Positions 20,144-29,522 of a stretch of 32,000 nucleotides of DNA are shown here, in pieces. The notes under the pieces are model-generated. The model had not been told where the DNA came from, searched no databases, and worked only from the letters and a program-made list of their open reading frames with translations. Every line of letters starts with the position of its first letter. The first letter of the stretch is position 1. The stretch is from Candidatus Saccharimonadota bacterium (GTDB taxonomy: Bacteria; Pseudomonadota; Alphaproteobacteria; Rickettsiales; Anaplasmataceae), in the NCBI RefSeq assembly GCF_013365475.1, contig NZ_CP046579.1, positions 660,001 to 692,000 of the forward strand, read 5' to 3'. The position numbers and the translations under genes were made by a program.

Positions 20144-20348
20144 ACATATATACAAGTAGCTTCTTAATACATATAAAGTCAAGATATTTCATGCAAGTAT
20201 TATGCTTATATTTGAACAAGTCCATGAAAGACCTTATTACTATTGTAGTGCTGTAATATCAATTTATGATATCTGTCACCAATGGACTAGTGACAAGGTC
20301 AAAAAAATAAGCTATTTTTTATATTTTATAGTAAAGTAAATAGACAGC

Positions 20349-21029
20349 ATGGGTATCAAGATTGCACCTTCTATACTTTCAGCAGATTTTGCAAAATTAG
20401 GAGAAGAAATAAAAAGAATTAACAACTTAGATGTAGATTATATCCACATAGACGTTATGGATGGAAACTTTGTTCCAAATATTACAATTGGTTCATGCGT
20501 TATCTCTGCAATACGCAAATATACCAACCTTCTTTTTGATGTACATTTGATGATTAAATCTCCAGATAAATATATTGAAAGTTTTATAAATGCAGGTGCA
20601 GATATCATCACCATACACGCGGAAGCAGAGATACACCTCGAGGCATTGATAAGAGAAATAAAATCATACAAAAATGTAAATAGTACAAAAAGAACAGTTC
20701 AAGTTGGAGTCTCAATTATTCCTTCAACTCATCCTAGTAAGCTTGAGCATATAATAGATGAGCTAGATGTTATATTGGTTATGACTGTCAACCCTGGATT
20801 CAGTGGACAGGAGTTTATTCATTCACAATTAAACAAGATATCAGCTATAAAAAAAATGATACAAGAGCGCAATCTTAAAACACAAATTTCAGTAGATGGT
20901 GGAGTAAATCTCTTAAATGCAGCTGATATAGCAAGAGCAGGTGCAGACATCTTAGTCGTTGGCTCAGCAATATTTAGAGCTGAAAATATGAAAAAAACTA
21001 TAAATGACCTTAAAAATTCTGCGTTATAG
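20349..21029 (+). CDS. rpe: Ribulose-phosphate 3-epimerase
   Basis: 226-aa ORF with APSILSADF, HIDVMDGNFVPN, VMTVNPGFSGQ.F and VDGG motifs. Confidence 0.95.
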   Translation: MGIKIAPSILSADFAKLGEEIKRINNLDVDYIHIDVMDGNFVPNITIGSCVISAIRKYTNLLFDVHLMIKSPDKYIESFINAGADIITIHAEAEIHLEALIREIKSYKNVNSTKRTVQVGVSIIPSTHPSKLEHIIDELDVILVMTVNPGFSGQEFIHSQLNKISAIKKMIQERNLKTQISVDGGVNLLNAADIARAGADILVVGSAIFRAENMKKTINDLKNSAL

Positions 21030-21121
21030 TTACAGGAGTTTCTAGTAATTAATAAATCAACTGCTAATATAGTTTAGCCCTAAGTGCTGAAATAAAAAGG
21101 GAAATATTTAAGAGATCTATT

Positions 21122-23395
21122 CTAATAGAAGCCAGATTTGTCATCATTCCCGAACTGGGATCTATTATTTCTGTTGCCAAAGCCACTAGAACGAGTGCGG
21201 ATATGTCTTTTACTACGGTGCCCCCCAGGTTTTTTATTAAATGGATTATTATAATAAGCTCTCTCACTTGAACTATCCTTTTTGTCCTCATTGTAAAGTT
21301 CCCCTTCAAAGAACTCACCTGTTTTTTGATCAACACGTCGCCTTGACAATTTTGGACATCCACCTTTTTCAAAATCAATTATCAAAGCTCTAAAAACATC
21401 ACCATGCTTAAGTATATCTCCAATAGATTCTATATGTTGGTTTGCCACTTCGCTTATATGCATTTTACCCTTTCTTCCATTAAGGAGTTCAAGCTCTACA
21501 ATGGATTTATCTATTTTTATAACCTTAGCATCAACTATAGCACCTTGCTCTAGCTCTGTTATTGAATCAATTAGCATATCTTTTGCAATTTTAGCTTCAG
21601 CACTACTCATAGCAAACACAGAAACTTTACCATCATCCCCTATTTCAACTTTTGCATTACTTCTTTCACATATACTTCTTATGTTTTTTCCTTTAGCACC
21701 AATAGCTGCAGAAATTTTATCTTTATCTATGTAAAATGAAGTCATTCTTGGTGCGTGGCTTTTTACATCATCGCTATGCTCTGAAATTACTGCATTCATC
21801 TTTTCCAAGATATATAACCTTCCATCCTTTGCTTGCTTGAGAGACTTTTCAATAATTTCGAAGCTTATACCAGAAATCTTCATATCCATTTGCAGCGCTG
21901 TGATTCCTTGACTAGTTCCAGCTACTTTAAAATCCATATCACCAAGACAGTCCTCATCGCTTAATATATCAGAAAGTACTACATACTGATTTCCTTCTTT
22001 GATAAGACCCATAGCAATCCCAGCAACTGGTGCCTTTATTGGTACACCTGTATCCATTAAAGCAAGCGAAGTCCCACAAACTGTTGCCATAGAAGAAGAA
22101 CCATCAGATTCCATAATTTCTGATACTACCCTTATTGTGTAAGGAAATTCAGATTTATCAGGTAAGACAGGATGAATTGCTTTCCAAGCAAGTTTACCAT
22201 GACCAATCTCTCTTCTTCCAGGTGCACGTGTAGCAAAAGTTTCTCCAACAGCAAATGAAGGAAAATTGTAATGCAACATAAAATGTTCACGTCTATCACC
22301 TTCGATATCATCTACAATTTGTTCATCTTGCGTAGCACCAAGAGCAGTAACAACAAGTGCCTGAGTGTTACCTCTTGTAAATAATGCAGAACCATGAGTT
22401 TTTGATAAAATGTCAACTTCAATCTCTATTTTACGTATTTCATCGTATTTGCGACCGTCTATCCTTATTCCTTTCTTCCTAATCATTTCACGCACTAAGA
22501 ATCTTTCAAAGCTTCTTATTGCATACATGACTAACTTTTCGTCCTTTCCAGACTCCTTCAAAGTGTTCGATATATCACTTCTTAGCATCTCTAAAGTTTG
22601 GACTCTATTTTGTTTTACTACCTGTGAGTATGCTTTTTCAAAATCTCCACTGTATTTTCTAAAACCTTGTATCATATCTGATATATCAATGGACGTGAAG
22701 CTTTCAGATTTACTACCAACCGTGTCAGAGAACTCTTTTATAAGCTTAATGACAGGCAAAAGATGTTCATGACCAAATCTCATTGCATTTAGAACATTTT
22801 CCTCAGAAAGCTCTTTCACTTCTGATTCAATCATTAAAATTGATTGCTCATCACCAGATAAAAATAAATCTAAGTTACTTATTTTCATTTCTTGAGCAGA
22901 CGGATTGAGTATATAGTTATTATTTTTATCACAACCAATCAAAGCCCCAGCTATAATAAAACGAAAAGGGACTCCAGAAATTGCAAGTGCTGCAACAGCA
23001 CCAATCAACGCTGGCACCTCAGGTGGATTGATGTTATCATAAGTTAATAAATTACATACTATGCTAATTTCATCATAAAAACCTTCTGGGAATAGTGGTC
23101 TTATGCTCCTATCCACTACTCTTGAAATTAAGGTTTCTCTATCAGATGGTTTGCCTTCTCTTTTTAAGAAACCACCAGGAATCCTACCAATAGCATAGCT
23201 TTTTGCGATAAATTGTACGTTTAGAGGCAGAAAATCAATATTTTCTTCTCTTTTTTTCCGCACAACAGTCACTAAAATAGAAGTATCACCATAATTTACA
23301 ACTACTGAACCATCAGCTTGACGTGCCATTTTCCCTGTTTCTAAAGATAAAGTACGATTACCCCACTCTATGAACTTCTTTATAATTTTAAACAT
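21122..23395 (-). CDS. pnp: Polyribonucleotide nucleotidyltransferase (PNPase)
   Basis: 757-aa ORF with two RNase PH domains, then KH (GAKGKNIR) and S1 domains. A basic low-complexity tail of about 65 aa follows. Confidence 0.97.
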   Translation of the reverse strand: MFKIIKKFIEWGNRTLSLETGKMARQADGSVVVNYGDTSILVTVVRKKREENIDFLPLNVQFIAKSYAIGRIPGGFLKREGKPSDRETLISRVVDRSIRPLFPEGFYDEISIVCNLLTYDNINPPEVPALIGAVAALAISGVPFRFIIAGALIGCDKNNNYILNPSAQEMKISNLDLFLSGDEQSILMIESEVKELSEENVLNAMRFGHEHLLPVIKLIKEFSDTVGSKSESFTSIDISDMIQGFRKYSGDFEKAYSQVVKQNRVQTLEMLRSDISNTLKESGKDEKLVMYAIRSFERFLVREMIRKKGIRIDGRKYDEIRKIEIEVDILSKTHGSALFTRGNTQALVVTALGATQDEQIVDDIEGDRREHFMLHYNFPSFAVGETFATRAPGRREIGHGKLAWKAIHPVLPDKSEFPYTIRVVSEIMESDGSSSMATVCGTSLALMDTGVPIKAPVAGIAMGLIKEGNQYVVLSDILSDEDCLGDMDFKVAGTSQGITALQMDMKISGISFEIIEKSLKQAKDGRLYILEKMNAVISEHSDDVKSHAPRMTSFYIDKDKISAAIGAKGKNIRSICERSNAKVEIGDDGKVSVFAMSSAEAKIAKDMLIDSITELEQGAIVDAKVIKIDKSIVELELLNGRKGKMHISEVANQHIESIGDILKHGDVFRALIIDFEKGGCPKLSRRRVDQKTGEFFEGELYNEDKKDSSSERAYYNNPFNKKPGGHRSKRHIRTRSSGFGNRNNRSQFGNDDKSGFY

Positions 23396-23409
23396 ACTGA
23401 ATTCCTCAA

Positions 23410-23682
23410 TTACTTTCTAATACCTAACTTTTCTATCAACTCTTGATAAGATTTATCACCAAATTTACGTTTTACATAATTTAAGTGCTTACGCCTTCTA
23501 CCTATTAATACAAGCAAACCACGCCTTGAGTGATAATCATGCTTATGTACCTTAAAGTGCTTAACCAAGTTACTAATCCTTTCAGTCAAAATTGCACATT
23601 GTACAAAAGATGAACCTGTATCATTTTTCTTAGTTGAATACATATTTATCAAATTCTTTTTCCTTTCAGATGTTATTGACAT
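23410..23682 (-). CDS. rpsO: 30S ribosomal protein S15
   Basis: 90-aa ORF with DTGS..VQ.A.LTERI..L..H...HK.D.HSRRGLL. It sits in the conserved truB-rpsO-pnp order. Confidence 0.97.
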   Translation of the reverse strand: MSITSERKKNLINMYSTKKNDTGSSFVQCAILTERISNLVKHFKVHKHDYHSRRGLLVLIGRRRKHLNYVKRKFGDKSYQELIEKLGIRK

Positions 23683-23689
23683 CTAACTC

Positions 23690-24562
23690 TCACCTCAAAA
23701 TATTAAAAAGACGAACAGGTCTCACACAACCATAAGCAAAATTACAAATCGCAACAGGTACATCACCATTTACTACGCAAAAGGTATCATAACTCTCTAG
23801 TTTACGCAAGTTATTTAATACAATTCTCTGGCCTTCTCTGATTTTTCTTACTTCTTCCCTAGAAATTTCAACTTTCAGCATCGATCCTAAAACTGACCCT
23901 ATAGGAATAATTTTATCTTTTTTGTCCAATTGCTCAATCATTACTGATTCAATCTCTCTAAAATTACCTACCATAGTCCTCCTTAATCTTGAAATATGCC
24001 CAAAGCAATTTAATATAATTCCGAGATCTCTTGCAATTGACCTAACATATACACCGCTACCACATTTCATAGAAAAATCAGCACTATTATTTGCAATGTC
24101 AACAGAGATTAATTCCAGTCTATATACCCGCACTAGGCGAGGTTTCACATTTACTTTTTGTCCACTCCTTGCCAACTTATATGCCCTTATTCCATTAATT
24201 TTTACTGCTGAAAACTGAGGAGGAGTTTGTATTATCTCACCAATAAAGCTTTTAATAGCACAATTTATTTGACTGTATTCAGGCTTTATATTGCTGGTTT
24301 TAGTGACATCACCATTTATATCATCTGTAGTTCTTTGCTCACCCCATTTTATTGTGAAGTTGTACATCTTTGAGTCACAAGATAAATACGGTATAGTTTT
24401 CGTAGCTTCGCCAAGAGCAATTGGTAATACACCTGAAGCTAAAGGATCAAGCGTTCCTAAGTGACCAGCCTTTTTGATTCTAAATATTCTTTTGACTTGA
24501 TCTACTGCTTGTGCAGAGCTTATTCCTATTGATTTATCAAGATTTAACCAACCATGTACCAT
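23690..24562 (-). CDS. truB: tRNA pseudouridine(55) synthase
   Basis: Contains GWLNLDK, the catalytic GHLGTLDPLASGVLP and a PPQFSAVK motif. I place the start at the MVHGWLNLDK methionine (24562), not the upstream ORF start at 24637, because the extra 25 aa are hydrophobic and absent from the family. Confidence 0.88.
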   Translation of the reverse strand: MVHGWLNLDKSIGISSAQAVDQVKRIFRIKKAGHLGTLDPLASGVLPIALGEATKTIPYLSCDSKMYNFTIKWGEQRTTDDINGDVTKTSNIKPEYSQINCAIKSFIGEIIQTPPQFSAVKINGIRAYKLARSGQKVNVKPRLVRVYRLELISVDIANNSADFSMKCGSGVYVRSIARDLGIILNCFGHISRLRRTMVGNFREIESVMIEQLDKKDKIIPIGSVLGSMLKVEISREEVRKIREGQRIVLNNLRKLESYDTFCVVNGDVPVAICNFAYGCVRPVRLFNILR

Positions 24563-24657
24563 AATATCAATTATGCATAATTGCACTATCCCATAAAACA
24601 ATAATATTACAGGAAGTAGCTCAAAAATGGTTATCATTAAACTGTTATAAATAAAGC

Positions 24658-24686
24658 TTGACTAACACATATCACTAGTTTAGAAT
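24658..24686 (+). promoter_or_regulatory. Candidate sigma-70-type promoter (TTGACT-17 nt-TAGAAT) for the 236-aa membrane protein gene
   Basis: -35 TTGACT is at 24658-24663, followed by an exact 17-nt spacer and -10 TAGAAT at 24681-24686. This lies about 33 nt upstream of the ATG, which itself has a GGAGGA RBS. Confidence 0.45.
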
Positions 24687-24719
24687 TAATTTTTATTAAC
24701 TTTATCGGAGGAAGTTATT

Positions 24720-25430
24720 ATGACTATAAAATCAAGTATATGGAAGTTAGAAAATACCGCACATATAGCAAAAATAAGTATCGAAAGCACAGTTGTAATT
24801 ATGTCTCTAGCAGCATCAATAGCAACAATGCTGATTGCTACTAATGTAATTGCAGGTCCTGCATTTTTAGCATCTACTGCCAGCCCTATTGGAATTACAG
24901 CTTTATTTGTAATCACTACATATTTTGCTATAAAAGCCATCTCTTCATATCATGAAATTCATGCAATAGAGAAAATTCAAGCTAAAGCTAACAATAATAA
25001 TGATACAGCATTTGCTGCTCTCATTGGCAACACAGTAAAAAGTGGTGAAATTGTTGAAAAAAAGATTCAAGGAGCAGATGGCAAAGGAATTCAACAATTA
25101 TTTTTAGTACTCCCAATTAATGATTATAAAGCATTAGTAGGAAATGATAAAAAAGCAGTTCATGTATTATTAGCAGACAAAAAAGTTGAAGTTGAACTTG
25201 CACACATAGATCCTAAGGATGATGCTAGTGAATACAGAGCAAAGGTAATCAAGGTGAGCGGTAAAGATCAATTCACTGATATGAAAACAGAGTTAGGCAT
25301 GAGCAATTCTAGTTCATTAAAAGTTGCAGTAAGTAATCAAGATCTGAAAGCTCTGAAAGCTAATATATCAGCTAAGCTAGTAGATGTTGCAGTAGAATCA
25401 GCCATAGAAAAAGCTAGAAAAGTAACTTAA
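24720..25430 (+). CDS. Hypothetical membrane protein (two adjacent N-terminal TM helices, soluble Lys/Ala-rich C-terminal domain)
   Basis: 236-aa ORF with a GGAGGA RBS 7 nt upstream. A hydrophobic stretch of about 50 aa (residues ~23-77) is split by NVIAGP. I recognise no family motif. Confidence 0.65.
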   Translation: MTIKSSIWKLENTAHIAKISIESTVVIMSLAASIATMLIATNVIAGPAFLASTASPIGITALFVITTYFAIKAISSYHEIHAIEKIQAKANNNNDTAFAALIGNTVKSGEIVEKKIQGADGKGIQQLFLVLPINDYKALVGNDKKAVHVLLADKKVEVELAHIDPKDDASEYRAKVIKVSGKDQFTDMKTELGMSNSSSLKVAVSNQDLKALKANISAKLVDVAVESAIEKARKVT

Positions 25431-25475
25431 GGTTAAGAGGAGAAAAGGCAAAAACTTCCCCTTTTCTCTTACCTT
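25429..25475 (+). terminator. Long imperfect stem-loop immediately after the 236-aa ORF stop (possible terminator or RNA stability element)
   Basis: AAGGT-t-AAGAG-gag-AAAAGG pairs with CCTTTT-CTCTT-ACCTT, about 16 bp in three segments with an 11-nt loop. No U-tract follows, so intrinsic termination is uncertain. Confidence 0.35.
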
Positions 25476-26067
25476 GAAATTGAGGATTTACAGTAATGTA
25501 CCTAAGCCTTTTAACTATATCCTTATCATAATTATTCTTCTTTAATAAGAGATGATTAACCTACTATAGGATTACAATAGGACTCAGCAGTGGAATCAAG
25601 TAAAATTTACTTACTTTTAAGTAAATTAATTTATAAACATAGGAAACATCTGATCCTATGAAATGTAATATTTTATGGATATGAAAAATCATACATTCAT
25701 TATACATCATATGTTAAAACGATACAATTTATTGTAAAGTAGATATTTATACATGAAAATTACACCCATTTATTATAAGGTTTTTACTAAATACAAGATA
25801 GAAAATACTGTATCAGACAGTTGTCACTTTAAGCTAAAGTAATATTCTACCTTTCTTTAATACTTTATGAGAAAATTTTAGTTTATATAAGTGAAGTAAA
25901 TTTCTCTATGAAGGATTAAGATACACTTTGCAAAAAATTAGATGATAAAATACTAAACATATAATACTTTGCTATTTAGTTACAGATTTAAGACAATCCA
26001 AAATCCAAACACTATTAATTGTAGATAAAAGTTGTAAGAATAATCAAGTGATTTTTATTTTCATCAG

Positions 26068-27225
26068 TTACCTGTATGATCTAATGTGTTTTTTATAGAT
26101 ATCGTACCAACAATCCACTATTTTTTTTATATCTTGTGACTTAGTTTGTGGGCCTATACTGATTCTAATTGAACATTCTGCTTGCTCCTTCGTTGCTCCC
26201 ATTGCAAGTAATACATAGGAAGGTTCAATCTTTCCAGAAGAGCATGCAGGTCCATTACTAACTGCAATATTATTTAAATCAAAATGCATGAGCTGTACAT
26301 CACTCTTAACTCCAGGCATGCAAACGAAACTTGTATTCGGCAGTCTTTTAGAGTTCTTGCCAAAGATTTTAATACTACTAACAAGATTTAATAACTTATT
26401 TTCCAGCTGATCACGCAGTTTTTTTATTTCATCCATTTTTGATAGAAGATACGGAATGCTTTGCAATGCTGCAGAAAGACCTGCAATTGCAACAATGTTT
26501 TCAGTACCACTACGCAACCCTTTTTCTTGCCCACCACCTACTATTATAGGTTCTATTACAAGATTTTTATTGAATACTAAAACTCCACTACCAGCTATGC
26601 CACCAAATTTGTGGGCAGATAACGTGAGTAAATCTACTCCTAAATCTTTCATGCTAACTTTAATTTTTCCGACGCTTTGAGCGGCGTCTGTATGACAGAT
26701 TGCTCCAAATTTATGCGCTATTTTAGCTATTTCCTTAACAGGTTGAATAACTCCAGTTTCATTGTTAGCCATCATGACTGAAACTATTACTCTATTTCCC
26801 TCAAGTTTGTTTAAGACTCTTTCTAGCTCTAAAATATCAATGATACCTTCCTGATTAACTGGTATTATATGTGGGTTATATGCAGAATTGAGAACTGAAA
26901 GATGTTCTATAGCTGAGACTACGTATTGAAAGCCTGTTACCCCTCTCATAGCAAGATTATTTGCTTCAGTTGCACCAGACGTAAAAACTATTTCCTTATC
27001 GTTTGAAACATCAATAGTACTACATATAGCATCTCTTGCATCCTGAAGAATCTTTCTTGTTTCTTGTCCTTTCCTATGCGATGATGAAGGATTCAGAATT
27101 CGTTTTGATAAGACTTCAAGTATACTCTTTTTTACATCATTACTAATCGGAGAAGTCGCATTATAGTCAGCGTATACATAGTTACTCTCTCTCAAATAGA
27201 GAGAATCTAAAAGTTTATTTGTCAT
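26068..27225 (-). CDS. Cysteine desulfurase (NifS/IscS class V aminotransferase family)
   Basis: 385-aa ORF with the PLP-lysine motif LSAHKFGG, a GGGQEKGLRSGTEN segment and the active-site loop GPACSSG. Confidence 0.9.
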   Translation of the reverse strand: MTNKLLDSLYLRESNYVYADYNATSPISNDVKKSILEVLSKRILNPSSSHRKGQETRKILQDARDAICSTIDVSNDKEIVFTSGATEANNLAMRGVTGFQYVVSAIEHLSVLNSAYNPHIIPVNQEGIIDILELERVLNKLEGNRVIVSVMMANNETGVIQPVKEIAKIAHKFGAICHTDAAQSVGKIKVSMKDLGVDLLTLSAHKFGGIAGSGVLVFNKNLVIEPIIVGGGQEKGLRSGTENIVAIAGLSAALQSIPYLLSKMDEIKKLRDQLENKLLNLVSSIKIFGKNSKRLPNTSFVCMPGVKSDVQLMHFDLNNIAVSNGPACSSGKIEPSYVLLAMGATKEQAECSIRISIGPQTKSQDIKKIVDCWYDIYKKHIRSYR

Positions 27226-27355
27226 CAGATTATAAAAACTCCTTTAAATATTATCAATTGTATATTTGCTTTAGCACAACAAAAGCTTATTGCAAAAACA
27301 GTAAGATTAATACATAATTCACGTATTTATTAAACAAGCTTTTAGAGGGGTACAC

Positions 27356-28054
27356 GTGGTAGAGGTTTTTTTAAACAATGCGGCAAAAAAGATAGAGGGT
27401 GAGTACTACCAAAGTAAAAATACCAATGCACCAGTCGTACTAATTCTACATCATCATCCCCAATATGGAGGTAATATGGATAGCAAAATGATACATGGCA
27501 TATACACGTCCTTTATTGATAACAACTTTTCTGCATTAAAGATTAATTTCCGTGGTGTAGGGAAATCTACTGGGACTTTTGATAAGGGCATAGGAGAATT
27601 AACTGATGCTGCAGTAGCAATAGACTGGCTTCAAGAGCATAATCCTAGTAATGTTCCAATCTGGGTTGCTGGGTTTTCCTTTGGAGCGTGGGTAGCTATG
27701 CAGCTGACGATGCGTAGACCTGAAGTAGTAGGTTTCATTGCTCTTTCTCTTCCAGCAACTAAGTATGACTTCTCTTTTCTCTCTCCATGTCCGGTCCCTG
27801 GGCTTATAGTACAAAGTAGTAACGACACAATTTCAGAAGAAAGTGATGTAACAGAATTAACAAAAAGGTTGATGAACTCAGTAAAAAGCGACCATATGGA
27901 ATACCATATAATAGATAATACAAACCATTTCTTAAAAGACAAAGAAGAGGAAGTCGTTCAAATCATAGATGATTATATAAAACTACGCTTAAATGGTACG
28001 GATATTTCTCTTCAAAAGGTAAGAAAAAAGGTAAAAATAAAAGAATATGCCTAA
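27356..28054 (+). CDS. Alpha/beta hydrolase (COG2945-like)
   Basis: 232-aa ORF with a GTG start 5 nt after GAGGGG. It has HHHPQYGGNM, the nucleophile elbow GFSFGAW, and YDFSFLSPCP, typical of this small hydrolase family. Confidence 0.8.
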   Translation: MVEVFLNNAAKKIEGEYYQSKNTNAPVVLILHHHPQYGGNMDSKMIHGIYTSFIDNNFSALKINFRGVGKSTGTFDKGIGELTDAAVAIDWLQEHNPSNVPIWVAGFSFGAWVAMQLTMRRPEVVGFIALSLPATKYDFSFLSPCPVPGLIVQSSNDTISEESDVTELTKRLMNSVKSDHMEYHIIDNTNHFLKDKEEEVVQIIDDYIKLRLNGTDISLQKVRKKVKIKEYA

Positions 28055-28109
28055 TCCTTACAAAGAAGAAAATAAGCATAGCAATAAGTAATAAAGAGGA
28101 GGTTTCATT

Positions 28110-28274
28110 ATGTTTAGAAAACTATTGTTTATTGTTTTAGTTATATTTATGTTATCAGGGTGTTTTTTAAGCAAGCAACGTAAGTTAAAAAGCCCATGCA
28201 TCAGAAGTAATGAAAGTACTTTATGTAAGTTACACCCTATCAATAACCATTTGACTAAGTCAAGTATAAAGTAA
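28110..28274 (+). CDS. Small putative lipoprotein (54 aa), below the ORF-track size cutoff
   Basis: ATG lies 8 nt after the strong RBS AAGAGGAGG. Translation is MFRKLLFIVLVIFMLSGCFLSKQRKLKSPCIRSNESTLCKLHPINNHLTKSSIK. It has a basic n-region, a hydrophobic h-region and a perfect lipobox L-S-G-C. Confidence 0.6.
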   Translation: MFRKLLFIVLVIFMLSGCFLSKQRKLKSPCIRSNESTLCKLHPINNHLTKSSIK

Positions 28275-28301
28275 ATATCACATAGTTCTATGCTATGTTT
28301 C

Positions 28302-28982
28302 TTACAATTTTATTAAAGATCTGTTTTTTATTTGCAAAACATAGTCTGCTCTCTCAGCAAGAAGATGGTTGTGTGTTACTATAATCATAGAACTGTTATT
28401 TTCTTTCACATATGAATGCAATAAGGAAAATACACTTAGAGAATTTATTGAATCTAAATTCCCTGTTGGCTCGTCTGCAAGCAAAAGTCTTGGAGAACTT
28501 ACAATACTTCTTGCAATTGCAACTCTTTGCCTTTCTCCACCAGAAATTTCAGATACCATATTATCTGCCTTATTTTCTAGACTAAATTTTTCCAACACTG
28601 TTAGTGCACTTTTCATTGCAACAGCTTTACCTTTTCCTGCAATAAGCTGAGGAAGCATAATATTTTCTAATACTGATAACTCTTGCAGTAAATAATGAAA
28701 TTGATAAATAAAGCTAAGAAAATTCCTTCTTATATAAGTTTTACGCTTATCACTAGCCCGTGTACAATTTATTCCATCCACTGCTACTATGCCAGAAGTT
28801 GGTTTATCTAATAAACCTGCAATTTGCAATATAGTTGTTTTTCCTGACCCGGAATGACCAATTAATGCAATTACCTGCCCTTTTTTAACTTTCAAACTAA
28901 TGTTTTCTATGATAACATTCTTTTTGAAGATCTTACCTACAGAAGTTAACTCTAGTGATACACTACTCATGTTAAATGACAA
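28302..28982 (-). CDS. lolD: Lipoprotein-releasing system ATP-binding protein LolD (ABC ATPase)
   Basis: 226-aa ORF with Walker A GHSGSGKTT, signature ISGGERQRVAIARS and Walker B LLLADEPTGNLD. The start could instead be the ATG at 28970. Confidence 0.85.
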   Translation of the reverse strand: MSFNMSSVSLELTSVGKIFKKNVIIENISLKVKKGQVIALIGHSGSGKTTILQIAGLLDKPTSGIVAVDGINCTRASDKRKTYIRRNFLSFIYQFHYLLQELSVLENIMLPQLIAGKGKAVAMKSALTVLEKFSLENKADNMVSEISGGERQRVAIARSIVSSPRLLLADEPTGNLDSINSLSVFSLLHSYVKENNSSMIIVTHNHLLAERADYVLQIKNRSLIKL

Positions 28983-29016
28983 TCAGTTACTTAAATTCTT
29001 ACAGGCAGAAATTTCA

Positions 29017-29487
29017 CTAAATTGAGAAGCTATTACCACACCCGCATCGGGATTTAGCAAGAACATTATTTATTTGAAAACCAGAACTACCTAGACTTTC
29101 ATTATAATCTATAACTGAATTATTTAAAAATTTTGCTGAATGATTATCAATTGTTAATACAGGTTTTCCATTCTCATCATTCACTACTATATCTTGACTT
29201 TTTTTACTAAAACTAGAGTGACCCTCATAATTTTTGCTGTCTTCACAATCATCAACTTCATCCTCATCATCAAATTCATCATTATCATAGTCTTTATCGC
29301 CTAAAAACGGATTTTTGCTTATTTGATCCATAAGGAAATTGTACTTGAATCCAGAACATCCACCACCTGAAACTGCAATCCGCAAAACAGAGTTCTCACA
29401 TTTTTCCTGCTCTATAAGAGAATAGATCTTTTTTAATGCATTATCAGTTAGGTTAATATTGCAATCCATTGACATAGCTACCGCCAT
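29017..29487 (-). CDS. erpA: Iron-sulfur cluster insertion protein ErpA/IscA (HesB family) with an acidic insertion
   Basis: 156-aa ORF with the GGGCSGF motif and the C-terminal CGCGNSFSI motif. It is about 40 aa longer than typical ~110-115-aa family members. Confidence 0.85.
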   Translation of the reverse strand: MAVAMSMDCNINLTDNALKKIYSLIEQEKCENSVLRIAVSGGGCSGFKYNFLMDQISKNPFLGDKDYDNDEFDDEDEVDDCEDSKNYEGHSSFSKKSQDIVVNDENGKPVLTIDNHSAKFLNNSVIDYNESLGSSGFQINNVLAKSRCGCGNSFSI

Positions 29488-29522
29488 TTACTATTAATAA
29501 CTTATTATAGTAAAAACTTTAC

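Noticed and set aside
21122-21325. Basic Arg/Ser/Gly/Asn-rich C-terminal tail of about 65 aa on PNPase, beyond the S1 domain.
   Set aside because: This is a low-complexity extension on an RNA-binding protein. I believe similar tails occur in other Rickettsiales PNPases, so I did not treat it as novel. The point is unverified.
21064-21378. 104-aa minus-strand ORF overlapping the 3' end of pnp in another frame.
   Set aside because: It is almost entirely inside the pnp coding region, with no independent support.
24563-24940. 25-codon N-terminal extension of truB (to 24637) and the 84-aa minus-strand ORF at 24686-24940.
   Set aside because: TruB family proteins begin near GWLNLDK, and the extension is hydrophobic and non-homologous. 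The 84-aa ORF is the antisense shadow of the TM region of the 236-aa gene.
28058-28243. 61-aa minus-strand ORF from the track.
   Set aside because: It is antisense to the 54-aa lipoprotein sORF, which has a far better RBS and a canonical signal/lipobox. The minus-strand ORF has neither.
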